DNA of 63,723 nt, counting the filler, from Octopus bimaculoides (lineage: Eukaryota), in NCBI RefSeq assembly GCF_001194135.2. It is 9 parts of 8 records of this genome, joined end to end, with 100 filler letters (N's around TTAATTAATTAA, not from the genome) between each part and the next. Parts side by side here need not be neighbours in the genome. Positions count along the whole stretch, not along the records: positions 50,173 to 53,488 come from NC_068996.1; positions 53,589 to 59,848 come from NC_069005.1; positions 59,949 to 62,329 come from NC_068991.1; positions 62,430 to 63,723 come from NW_026426419.1; 5 more parts are not named here. One strand, given 5' to 3'. Shown piece after piece: positions 50,291-62,871 of this stretch. The notes beneath the pieces were generated by a model that was not told the DNA's origin, did not search any database, and saw only the letters and a list, made by a program, of their open reading frames with translations. Position numbers and translations under genes: made by a program. The number at the start of each line of letters is the position of its first letter. Within the stretch, counting starts at the first letter, position 1.

Positions 50291-50292
<2 letters not shown>

Positions 50293-50816
50293 ACGAGTGA
50301 GTCGACACCGAGTAAACAATCGATGAAGACAGACATTAAGGGCCGTTAGGCCAAAATTAATTGTAATGGGTAACGCCTGGGAAAAAACTTTGAAAGGATA
50401 TAGAATATATATAAGAGAAAAAATAGTAGAAGACAAAAAAATATCGAGAGGCGAGAAAAATTACGTCCAGCTGGCTGGACGTTCCTATATATATATATAG
50501 TCGATACAAACTAGAACAGAACTAAATTGGTCTAACTTGCATAATATTGCACCTGTCGGAAACATTAACTTATTAACAGAAATACTGAGCAACGGTAATA
50601 AGAAGAAGAAATGTAAGATAATGGGCGTGTGTCTGATGAGGCATCAATAAGCATGAAAATGATTCTGTCCATAGAGAGAAAAATCTGTTTCTTGTACCAT
50701 CGTATAATATTTTGATGGTGAGGCTAAATAATGTTTATCAAAAACACATGCTCGTAAGCTTATCTTTCAACCTTGTCACCTTTTCTCTTCCTTCTCTCTT
50801 TTTACACACACACAAA

Positions 50817-50848
<32 letters not shown>

Positions 50849-50870
50849 AATGAGCATAAATCTAAGAGTA

Positions 50871-50930
<60 letters not shown>

Positions 50931-51904
50931 TGTGTGTACTATTTCAGACATTTATCTAGAAATAATATTTGATCCATGAATGGATGTTATTCTAGTTTCT
51001 AACAATGCGAGTATTCAACTTTCTCTTTTAACATCGCCTGTTTTGCTCTTTTTTCCTTCTTGTCTCTTCCCTGTCTGCCTGTCTGTTTATCTCCTTTTTT
51101 CTCTCTGTTCTCTTTCTCCCTCTGCTTTTCTCTGTCTCCCTCACCCTTTCTCCCTTTTCCTGTCTTCTCTCTCGCTCCCCTTCTTCAAATACTTCCATCT
51201 ATTCTCACTGAGCTCTCCAGTCTTTCTGAACAGAAAAAGAAAAAAAAGAAAGAAAAGAAAGAAAAGGAAACATCCCTTTCACTGACCCGATCAAGTTTCC
51301 ATGTCGAAGGTCATCGAGTCACGTGACGTCATAGCTTCATATATTATTTTTTATCTTTTTATTTTCTTTTAAGGATATTGTATGTCTCAGATCGTTTTCC
51401 ATCTCTTGGGATATGGAAGTAGTTTGTGATTTTTGCGAAACTAAACATGTATAGAAATTAATAGAACCAAAATCTACACTTTTTGGCCTACCAATTCTTA
51501 ATTAATAAATTATTTCCTTTGACTAATTGTAAAACCAATATTTCTAGGGATATAAAATACAGACGATACCCAGAAGTCGTGAATAACTAACTCTTCTACA
51601 GATTACCTGAAATTTTCTCTAGACCACTGGCACACGCAGCTTCTGTAGGGTCACGGAAGGAGCTTCTACGTGGTCGTTCGGCCTGCTAGAAACAACGGTG
51701 AAATCACCCTGTAGCGCCTTACACATACACACACAAGCCCTCAGACGCACTCACACTCACATGTACACATCCACATACAAACATTCACATACACAGTCAC
51801 ACACACACTCACATGGACACTTATCTCTATCCAGGCCAGTCACCAGACTTTGGTACGTGGGAGTGCTTCAGAATATTCTGGATGGTCACTAATTTATAAT
51901 AATT

Positions 51905-52352
51905 GTTTCAAATTTTGGCACAAGGCCAGCAGTTTCGGAGAATGGGGTAAGTTGCTTACATCGACCCCAGTACTCAACTGGTACTTATGTTATGTCTTTA
52001 TTGCCCACAAGGGGCTAAACATAGAGGGGACAAACATGGACAGACAAAGGGATTAAGTCAATTACATCGACCCAGTGCGTAACTGGTACTTAATTTATCG
52101 ACCCCGAAAGGATGAAAGGCAAAGTCGACCTCGGCGGAATTTGAACTCAGAACGTAACGGCAGACGAAATACCGTTAAGCATTTCACCCGGGTGCTAACT
52201 ATTCTGCCAGCTCGCCGCCTTATGTTATCGACTCCGAAAGGATGAAAGGCAAAAATCGACCTCAGCAGTATTTGAACTCAGAATGTAAAGACAGGAAATG
52301 TCACTAAGTATTTTGCCTGGCGTGCTAACGATTCTGCCAGCTCGCTGCCTTA
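51905..52352 (-). mobile_element. Two tandem tRNA-derived SINEs, family D
   Basis: Minus-strand head aaggcggcgagctggcagaat.gttagca...gagttcaaat at about 52222 and about 52350. Confidence 0.8.
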
Positions 52353-52837
52353 AAAGAAAGCAGATCAGCCACCGGATGCCGAAACCCGGGACTAATCTGT
52401 AATAATAATAAAGTGGAGTTTAGACAAAAAATTGTCACTGTAAATCTGAGGGTGCACCAGTGAATAGTGAGGAGGCAGTGCCGTCTAGTGCACCCTTTAG
52501 TCTATTTGATTCACATGTAAACACACAGACACACACACACACACACAGTTGATCTTTGATGCATTCCTAACTTTGGTAGTTCAGTCGATGATAGAATCAG
52601 GTGATGGTAGTGGTAGCTATATGGCGGCTACTGGACAAAATAACCTTCACTATTTAGTTATCTTCTATGCAATTTGCACTTGAACTTCCGTCTAAGTTCA
52701 TGCAATAAGTAATAATCATATTGAATGTTGGTGATCTTTCAGTTTAATCCCCCCCCAAAAAAATATGTGCGCATTTCCCTCAAAGATAGAAATCAACGTT
52801 AAAGTCAATAATTACTGGCATTAATTAATCCTTTTTA

Positions 52838-53035
52838 TTATAGGCAAAAGGCCTGAAATTTTGGGGAGGAGACAACGCGATTATATCGACCCCTGAATTT
52901 CACTTTATCGACCCCCGAAAGAATGAAAGCCAAAATCGGCCTCGGCGGAATTTGAACTCAGAACGTAGCGACTGGCGAAATACTGCTAAGCATTTCGTCC
53001 AGTGTGCTAACGACTCTGCCAGCTCGCCGCCTTAT
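52838..53035 (-). mobile_element. SINE family D
   Basis: Same head and body as 51905-52352. An oppositely oriented fragment follows at 53143-53225. Confidence 0.8.
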
Positions 53036-53226
53036 TGCTGGCATTAATATTAAGAGAAAATTATTAATTAAAATATTAGAAATAATTAATTCATATAATT
53101 ATTATAGACCAACATAATAAATATTATTATTTAATATTTTATGTCGAGCTCGACTTTGCCTTTTATCCTTTCGGAGTCGATAAATTAAGTACCAGTTGCG
53201 TACTGGTTAGATCTAATCGAATGGCC

Positions 53227-53488
53227 AGATCTTTTTGGTTTGACGGGCAGCACTTGTTTTCTTAACGAAACACTTTCAAACTTGGGATACTGGTAGAATG
53301 TGTCATATAAAACATCTTTTTCTCTTAGCCTTCTTGACAAAAATTAGTTCTTAATAAGTTATTTCATGTTAAAGTTGTCGTATTTCTGTAATTTCAACCA
53401 ATCACTGACGTCTATTCAGCTGAATACAGTTAGTGCTCTTTTTATAAACAATAATTTTTACCGGTGTCAAGAGTGTTATTCCCTGTTT
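53227..53488. mobile_element. Left end of the 19915-20884 MITE family, cut by a spacer
   Basis: agatctttttggtttgacgggcagcacttgttttcttaacgaaacactttcaaacttggga matches 19915-19980. Confidence 0.75.
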
Positions 53489-53904
53489 NNNNNNNNNNNN
53501 NNNNNNNNNNNNNNNNNNNNNNNNNNNNNNNNTTAATTAATTAANNNNNNNNNNNNNNNNNNNNNNNNNNNNNNNNNNNNNNNNNNNNTATATATATATA
53601 TATATATAGACATGGACATTCAGCTTATGCTGTGACAGGTACTCAATCATCAGAGGCCTGAAATAAGTTGTCCTCTATAATTGGGGACGGTGGGGGGGGG
53701 AGGTCCAATCTACACCATGCCCCAACCCACACCCTGCCCCAACAAATGTGTTTGTGAGTGGGAATGGAAACATGGTGGGGGTGGGAATGCGGTGAGTGAA
53801 TGAGTAAAGAGAGAGACATAGAACAAAACAGAATGAGTGACAAACACACACACACATACATACATAAAAACATATATACATACATACATACATAATCTTT
53901 CATC

Positions 53905-54530
53905 TTATAGCTTTTACTTATTTCAGTCATTAGACTGTGGCCATGCTGGGGCACCACCTCGACGAAATTTTAGTCAAGTGAATCGACCCCAGTCCTTTTT
54001 ACATCTTTTTAAAGCCTGGTACTTATTCTCTCTCTTTTTCTCTTTCTCTTTTACTTGTTCCCATCATTTGACTGCGGCCATGCTGGAGCACCGCCTTTAG
54101 TCAACAAATCGTCCCCAGGACTTATTCTTTAGAAGCCTAGTACTTATTTTATCGGTCTCTTGTGCTGAACCACTAAGTTACGGGGACGTAAACACACCAC
54201 CATCGGTTGTCAGGCAATGCTGGGGGGGGGGGGGAACAAACACAGACACACATACATATACATACATACGACGGGCTTCTTTCAGTTTCCATCTATCAAA
54301 TCCACTCACAAGGCTTTGGATGGTCCGAGGCTATAGTAGAAGACACTTGCCGAAGGTGCCATGCAGTGGGACTGAACCCGGAACCATGTGGTTGTTAAAC
54401 AAACTACTTACTACACAGCCACTCCCGCGCCGATCCCTGTCTTTTGCTGAACTGCTAGGTTACAGAGATGTAAGCACACCAACATTGGTTGTTAAGCAGT
54501 GGTAGTGGTCGGGGGACAAACACACACACA
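53905..54530 (-). mobile_element. Nested or adjacent SINE family A copies
   Basis: Full copy at 54040-54425 plus fragments at 53905-54000 and 54425-54530. Further copies at 36085-36245 (-), 55258-55420 (-) and 62184-62329 (+). Confidence 0.75.
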
Positions 54531-55530
54531 CACACACATTAATGCATATTTAACCTTTTGAATTATTCTCCTTTTGAATTACTCAGATAGTATCTTGTAG
54601 CTTCTGATATTTTGATGATGTGAGTGTGTATTTTTAGAATGACATATTAGGATAGTTGTGAGAGGCTGGATCTGACCAGTTTAAACATATAACAGGTAGA
54701 ATATTAGGGCCAGATATGGCTGGTTCAAATGCTGAAGGGTTAAAAATATCAGTATAGAAATTCAATACAGTATTGAAATTCTAACTGCCTTAGAAGTCAT
54801 CTTGTTGTTGGCATACACCTAGAAAAGATGCCATACGAACTGGCCAATTGGCAAACTAATTAAAGACAAGTGCAAGCGTTTCATGAAGTTACGATAATTG
54901 TGATGAAACAGAAGGAACCTGGAAGAGCGCCGAAAATTAAGGCTAAAACTTACTAATTTCTGGCCAAATATTGATGGAATGATATTCACCAGACATACTT
55001 CATATTAAATATTCCTATTATATCAATATATCATGATTGAGATTTTAGTTGCTCTTTATCAATTTCGTTAAGTATTTTCAGAAAATTCTTTAAATATTTT
55101 TCATTAAATATTGGTAATGAAACAAAAGAAGAAAGGAAATATTGTTTTTAAATCAGGAATTTCTTTTGCAAATGGGTGTGGGGCTGATGTTGATAAATTA
55201 ATGATGATTCCATAAAACGAGGCCAAACACACACACACACACACATATATATATATGTACAATGGGCTTCTTTCAGTTTCTGTCTACCAAATCCACTCAC
55301 AAGGCTTTGGTTGGCCCGAAGCTATAGTATAAGACACTTGCCAAAGGTATCACGCAGTGGGACTGAACTCAGGACCATGTGGTTGGTAAGCAAGCTACTT
55401 ACCACACAGCCCCTCCTACACCTGTGTATATATAATACATATATATATCTATGCGTGTATATATATATATATATATATATTCTTTTAATTGTTTCAGTCA
55501 TTTGACTGTGGTCATGCTGGAGCACTGCCT

Positions 55531-55579
<49 letters not shown>

Positions 55580-55847
55580 ATGCATGCATGTATATATCTG
55601 TATGTTTGTATACATATGCTTTCTTGTAATTGAATTTTGATGTATATATAAAGCCATTAATGACCACATGTAACTATTAGTTTTACATTATAACACAAGG
55701 TCTGTTTTAGGAGACAGGGCTATGTGGATAACATCAATCCAAAATGCTCAGCCTTTACTTATTTTATTGACCCCCAAGGGGATGAAAGGCAAAGCTAACC
55801 TTGGTAAAATTTGAACTCAGAACATAAAGATGAATGAAATGCTGCAC

Positions 55848-56004
55848 AAGCACTTTGCCCGGTGGGCTAACACGTACAAGCACTTTGCCCGGTGGGCTAA
55901 CAAGTACAAGTACTTTGCCCGGTGGGCTAACAAGTACAAGCACTTTGCCCGGTGGGCTAACAAGTACAAGCACTTTGCCCGGTGGGCTAACAAGTACAAG
56001 CACT
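55848..56004. repeat. 30-bp tandem repeat x5 inside a family D SINE (55765-56035, -)
   Basis: Unit cactttgcccggtgggctaacaagtacaag, period 30; it corresponds to the head region of the SINE. Confidence 0.92.
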
Positions 56005-56986
56005 TTGCCCAGTGGGCTAACAATTCTGCCTGCTTGCTGCCCTGTAGTATGTGCAAAACCCTTTTTAATAGCAACAGTCAGAAACATGTCTGCAGGAGAT
56101 GTGGGTTCCAATCCCATGGGTGGCTTTCAACTTTTTTCTAACCAAACGAGCTTTTCAACACAAGATGATAGGGTGTGATTCGATGGAAATTTTGACTGCT
56201 GTTTTCAGTATGTCAAGTGATGATGTAAAGAATCACTTGATACAGATGCTAGATTGACATTCTACTCGCAAAAAGCATATCAAACTTTTGAAAAGAAAAT
56301 AATAAGGAAGAAAGAAAGAAAGAAAGAAAAACGAGATTAGGAGTAAAAAAAAAAAATGATGAAAAAAATGCCATCATTTGTTAGATATAAGATTTTATAT
56401 CTGAGAAAAGAGGAAAAAAATAAACCATCTTTTCTCAAGGCTAATAGGGTTAATGTCTATATAGAATACTGGAGATTATTGTTGTTGTTGTTGAGGTTGT
56501 TGATGCTTATAATGATAATGATGTTGACGATGATGAAGATCATCATCATCAGCATCACTACTGTTGTTGTTGTTGTTGTCATTGCCATAATCACTAGCAG
56601 CAGCATCACAATAAGTCGTTGCTTCAGAGTTATAAACTGTAAATTTATTGTAGTACTCATATTATAGTCGTAAAAGTTCATGTAAGTACGAGGATGGGTG
56701 TATGAACTTGTTGCTTGTGGCTATTGTGTTATGACTCACTAAAAACAACATTATCACCATACGTACATACATACATACATTATATACATACATATATATA
56801 TATATACATACACACATAGAAGATGTTTTAATAAACTTCCACGACTGTATACATACATATAACTTATTTATCTGTTTATTCAATGATTTATTTTTGTACA
56901 AAGACGCATAAACAATAAATACACCTTATGAATGTGTAATGTGTATGTGTGTGTATGTATGTGTGTGAGAATGTATATAAACACAA

Positions 56987-57018
<32 letters not shown>

Positions 57019-57021
57019 GTA

Positions 57022-57069
<48 letters not shown>

Positions 57070-57094
57070 TATACATACACACACACATATATTG

Positions 57095-57130
<36 letters not shown>

Positions 57131-58330
57131 ATGTATGTCTATATATATATATATTAATATACATACATTAATATTCAAATATATATATATTAATATTAAT
57201 ATATATAGATACGTATATATTTATATGTGTATATATGTATGCATGCATATATACATTCATATATAAATTATCATCATCATCGTCATAATTATTATCATTA
57301 TTATTATTATTATTAACATCATCATTAATCAGCAGAAATTACACAGTGATTCAAAGGCAAAAGTTGCATGTGTAGCACTTATTAATATGTGTGTATGTGT
57401 GTGTGTGTGTGTGTTATGACCATGCGTAAGTGCATAAATGAGTGAATTATTTAGAAGTTTTCTTCTCAAAGAGATTTCTGGTTTGATCACACCTTCCCAA
57501 ACCTCAGGCAAGTCTCCTTTGCAATATTGACCTCAGATTAACTCGGCATCTTGTGAGATCTATTTGGCAGCTCATTGATTACATTGCTTCTGTAATCTTT
57601 TCAGACCAACTTGATCACATTTCGTCTTCTGCTGCCTTTGCCCAAGTATTAAATTAAAAGTAAATGCAGTTCTGGAATACTCAGCCACTTATTGCTTGAT
57701 ACATTGAACTGATTGATGAAACAATTATAATACTCCTGATAGAAGCCAATTGAATATCCTCTTACCAAACACTTATATGTAAATTTAAACATAAACATAG
57801 ACATATATATATATGGTGTGTGCGTGTGTGTGTGTGTGTGAACAATTAAATATGGCTGTTTGATAGGCACAGTTGTGGTTATATGGTTAAGAAGTATATT
57901 TTGCATTTATGTGGTTTCATACTATACACATACACACTGAGTTTTGTGAACTTTTCACTCCCCCCCACAAACTCCCACACCCTCATTTGTTCTCCTCCTT
58001 CCTTGGAAAACTGGGAACCTATATTAACCAGAACAAACAATGTAAGCTTTGCTTAGCAGAGATGGCAAGTATCCTAAAAAAGTCCCTTAACTTGGAGACC
58101 TTTTTAAACTCCAGGAAAGAAGTATTTAGTTAATGCCCACATCAAAAACATTTTCCACTACAAACTTGGAATTCCCCATTTGTTGAATAGGCTCAGGGCA
58201 GGTCCTTTGAATGTCATCATAGCCAGAGCCAATGTAAGGGAGATAACCCCATCCTGCCTGCAGCATAGACAATTATTTTTTTGTTTATAAAACCAACGGA
58301 CTATTACATATTTCATCTTCCAGCTATTTA

Positions 58331-58388
58331 AGTCTGATGAGTACCTATACCACTAAGCACTTTTTAGGGGTGAAACCAGTGGTTACTC
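58331..58388 (+). ncRNA. Type I hammerhead-like motif, partly decayed
   Basis: agt CTGATGA gtaccta...taggggt GAAA CCAGTGG T T act. Stem II 6 of 7 pairs with two G.U, quasi-palindromic stem III, GUU triplet, 3-bp stem I. Confidence 0.5.
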
Positions 58389-58540
58389 TATGATTGGCCC
58401 TAACTTTTAACTTCCTAAATATATGTATATGTATACCCACACAAACACATACATGTGATATGTATGTTTGTTGTTCTTTCACCTCATCTTTGTGTTTTCT
58501 TTACTTTTGAACTACATGTATATGTGTGTGTGTGTGTGTG

Positions 58541-58583
<43 letters not shown>

Positions 58584-58869
58584 NNNNNNNNNNNNNNNNN
58601 NNNNNNNNNNNNNNNNNNNNNNNNNNNNNNNNNNNNNNNNNNNNNNNNNNNNNNNNNNNNNNNNNNNNNNNNNNNNNNNNNNNNNNNNNNNNNNNNNNNN
58701 NNNNNNNNNNNNNNNNNNNNNNNNNNNNNNNNNNNNNNNNNNNNNNNNNNNNNNNNNNNNNNNNNNNNNNNNNNNNNNNNNNNNNNNNNNNNNNNNNNNN
58801 NNNNNNNNNNNNNNNNNNNNNNNNNNNNNNNNNNNNNNNNNNNNNNNNNNNNNNNNNNNNNNNNNNNNN

Positions 58870-58902
<33 letters not shown>

Positions 58903-59549
58903 AAAAAAAAACACAAAAAAAAAAGAAATAGAAAATTAAGATAGCAGATCAATAGAATTTCTCAATTTAGAAACCAATACTATTCCCACTAAGAATATAG
59001 GTGAGAATTGAAATGTTTGCACTACAAAAACCATATTTCACTTTGAAGGATCATAAAACGTAATCACCTTAACACGCTGTCTATTACACCGACTGACCTT
59101 ACTAAAAGTCAATCAATTAGATATTGTTAGTGAAAGTATCATAGACATAACAATCCTTACCATTTATATAGTGTTCTCCCTATCCTAGAGAAGTAACAGT
59201 ATTTTGGTTATAAATTGGTACAGTAATAATACTAAAGGTCAGTATGTGTTCACTTAGTTTGTATTTATTGATTCCCTATATTTTTATTACCAAAGCTTTA
59301 ATCCATAAAGAACAAATTTCACAGGCAATTATGCATTCATTTGCGAACTTGATACCAAAATTACCATACAAGCAAGATGGTCTTTACTATCTTTTGTTAA
59401 TATCTTATGGGTAAAGAAAAAAAAATCATATTTTCTTTTAGCTTCGTAATATCAAAAGATCCAAGGACTTTGGCAGAAATAGCAATCTTTATATTTTGTT
59501 TCAGCTCTATATTAAAATTCTACTCTGTAGGGAGAGGCTTACACTGTGA

Positions 59550-59848
59550 TGTTGTTGGCACTCCGTCGCTTACGACGACGAGGGTTCCAGTTGATCCGAT
59601 CAACGGAACAGCTTGCTCGTGAAATTAACATGCAAGTGGTTGAGCACTCCACAGACATGTGTACCCTTAACGTAGTTCTCGGGGATATTCAGCATGACAC
59701 AGTGTGACAAGGCTGGCCCTTTGAATTACAGGCACAACAGAAACAGGAAGAAAGAGTGAGAGAAAGTTGTGGTGAAAAAGTACAACAGGGTTCGCCACCA
59801 TCCCTTGCCGGAGCCTCGTGGAGCTTTAGGTGTTTTCGCTCAATAAAC
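59550..59848 (-). mobile_element. SINE family B, head cut by a spacer
   Basis: Near-identical to 938-1235. Confidence 0.8.
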
Positions 59849-60153
59849 NNNNNNNNNNNNNNNNNNNNNNNNNNNNNNNNNNNNNNNNNNNNTTAATTAA
59901 TTAANNNNNNNNNNNNNNNNNNNNNNNNNNNNNNNNNNNNNNNNNNNNAGGAACGAGGAAGATATGTTTGAATTTTTGGAAATAAGGCTCTAAATAGAGC
60001 TATTTCCGATTTGAAAAATATATGTTCACGAAGTATTTTGTGTTATACACAACTTATACAAAATTTTAAAACAAAATAGGTCTTTTAAGAGGTGAAAAAT
60101 GCAACTTACATGGGAGCCGATGTGTCTACCGTCCGTCCATGATGATAGATAGG

Positions 60154-60212
<59 letters not shown>

Positions 60213-60225
60213 AATTAGATATGGT

Positions 60226-60438
60226 CAGTCTATGGGATTAGCCTGGGTTACAAGTCCATAAAGCGCTTAGCTTTACAGCATATCATCAGACCTTACACCT
60301 GTTGGACTATGGCCTCTCTAGCAAGTGGCCTCTCTCCATTTTCTAAAGAAACCATAGTCCAACAGGTGTAAGGTCTGATGATATGCTGTAAAGCTAAGCG
60401 CTTTATGGACTTGTTACCCAGGGTAATCTGATAGACTG
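60226..60438. repeat. Inverted repeat, 87-bp arms, 39-nt loop
   Basis: 60226-60312 and 60352-60438 are reverse complements with only a few mismatches near the outer ends. Confidence 0.92.
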
Positions 60439-60661
60439 GCTTTATCTAAATATATCTAAATACTATACTGCTCTATAACTTGTAGTGTGCTTCTTTTTCG
60501 GATTTCCGATTTACCGACGATATTTATATATACATATATATATGTGATTGTGTGTATTATTAATAATAGTAATAATGACAACAAAAGAATGAATGAGACC
60601 TCGATATTATGTAAAATATAGGAATTTATCTATAAATATAATATATGACAATTAGTTGGTT

Positions 60662-60732
60662 GTCATAATAAAACTCAGAGTTTCGGATACCGGCGCTGAA
60701 GTCTGCTCCGGCATTTCATCAGTTATTAAGAC
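60662..60732 (-). ncRNA. Type I hammerhead-like motif with a partial inverted duplicate at 60743-60772
   Basis: gtcttaataa CTGATGA aatgccgg...ccggtatcc GAAA CTCTGAG T T ttattatgac. Stem I 9 of 10 pairs, GUU triplet. A10.1.C11.1 mismatch here, whereas the plus-strand arm keeps G10.1. Confidence 0.62.
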
Positions 60733-62561
60733 AAAACCTTTCGTCTTAATAACTGATGAGATGCCGGAGCAGGGAAATATAGCATAGAGGATGGTCTTGC
60801 TTCCGTTGGAAGATTCTAAATCACAGGTAGAATGAATAGTGAAATCGAATTGTAACAGAATTTAAGTTGTAACAGGTTTAATTCATGAAAATTACACAGG
60901 TGACGAGTTTACAGATTAATTCTGCCCAAGAAAGTTAGGGGAGACAACCTCGAAATTTTAGTTCATAAATATTAAATGTAGGTATAGTTTTGTGTTTTGT
61001 TCAATCAGAGCTGATATCATGTATTCCTTGCTGGCCCTGCATGAGAACAAAATTTAACTAGTTTAATGTGTCCTTTAGCCTCAGATTGTCACTTTAAAAA
61101 TCATTACAAAACGTAAATATGTATCGGAAATTTTTAGAATCCCGCTCTTTCTCCTTCCTACGTTCTTTGTGTGTCCATCTGTGTGTGTGGGAGGGGGAGA
61201 AATAGAGAGACAGAAAGAAAGAGAGATAGAGAGAGAGAGTAGAGATCAAATATATCCTTAATTGCTACACAAGCCATACAGTGAGGACGTGTGCAATATT
61301 CCAACCTTGCTGTGTTTTTAGATATGTGTGTGTGCCCCAGCATGGCCACAGCCTTAGGGCTGAATCGTGTGAAAGAATAATTTATTCAGTCAATGTCTCT
61401 ATCATCATTTCGCTACTTTTTAATTATTTTTAATAAATTGCTGCGAAACTTCATCTGACTATACCAATTCTCGATAATAAAATGACCTTTTATCTTGTCG
61501 AAAATAACAGTTTTATACATTCATTTATTCAATGCAAGCAAGGAGGTGGCAGTGATACAGCCCGTTGCAAACGTTTAAATATTATTGAGATTAATGTCAG
61601 TGAAGCACATCTTGGATATCCAAAAATCAATATTTACCGAAGTAAAACAAACATACGTTGATTCTCGCAGAAACGGAAGGTATGATCACAATGTTATATT
61701 GTAAGACACAAACCTGGGCATTGATATGGAAGACCAGCAGTGAGGCTGTTGACTCATATGGTACCTGAATCATGTAAAGTGTATTAGTGTGTATTTGTTA
61801 TCTGCTATCTCTCAGAGGAATGATATTGGCTGAGGATACCATAAATCTGTTTAAAAAAATTAAATTCTGTTCTGATAAATATTTCTTCCTGGTATTTTTA
61901 TATATACATACTTACTATTTATCACTACGAAATATTTTTAATAATTTTTTTAGAGCACAAAAATTTAGTAAAATATTTAATTAGTTTGTGGTAAAGTTTA
62001 GAAATAAGTTTTAGGACTTCCCCACCACCTACTTTTTCCTTTCTACGACAAATTTCTAACAGAATACCCGTCTCCAAATATACATACAAGCATATATATG
62101 TAAATGGAGTGTGTGAGTTTCTGTGTATGTTTGAGTGTTAACTACACGTGTGTGTATATGTGTGTATGCATGTATATATATAGGCGCAGGAGTGGATGTA
62201 TTCTAAGAAGCTTTATTCCCAAATACATTGTTCCGGGTTCAGTCCCATTGCGTCGCACCTTGGAGTGGATTTGGCCGACGAAAACTGAAAGAAGCCCTTC
62301 GAATATATATATATATATATATATATATANNNNNNNNNNNNNNNNNNNNNNNNNNNNNNNNNNNNNNNNNNNNTTAATTAATTAANNNNNNNNNNNNNNN
62401 NNNNNNNNNNNNNNNNNNNNNNNNNNNNNTTTGTAAAGTTACACAATGAAACAATGTTTTAAAAGTAAGAAAATACACGTTAAAATTTAAAGAAATCGAG
62501 TGCATTTAGTGAAAGGAAAATATTTCTAGTGTAAACAACTGTTCGTTCAATATACCTGACA

Positions 62562-62790
62562 AAGGCGGCGAGCTGGCAGAAGCGTTAGCACGCCGGGCGA
62601 AATGCTTANNNNNNNNNNNNNNNNNNNNNNNNNNNNNNNNNNNNNNNNNNNNNNNNNNNNNNNNNCGACTTTGCCTTTCATCCTTTCGGGGATCAATAAA
62701 TTAAGTACCAGTTGCTTACTGGAATCCATATAGCCGACTTACGCCCTCCGTCAAATTACCGGCCTTGTTCCTATAGTAGAAAGGAATAAT
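62562..62790 (+). mobile_element. SINE family D
   Basis: aaggcggcgagctggcagaagcgttagcacgccgggcgaaatgctta head; gap inside. Confidence 0.75.
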
Positions 62791-62871
62791 CCATCCTTTT
62801 TTTAAAATTATTTCTCATTAATTATTGCGCTTTTTTTTTAATGATTCATTTTTATTTTCTGACTTTCTTTT

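Noticed and set aside
55848-56004. 30-bp repeats as a CRISPR array or repeat protein
   Set aside because: No unique spacers, eukaryotic context, and the unit is part of a SINE.
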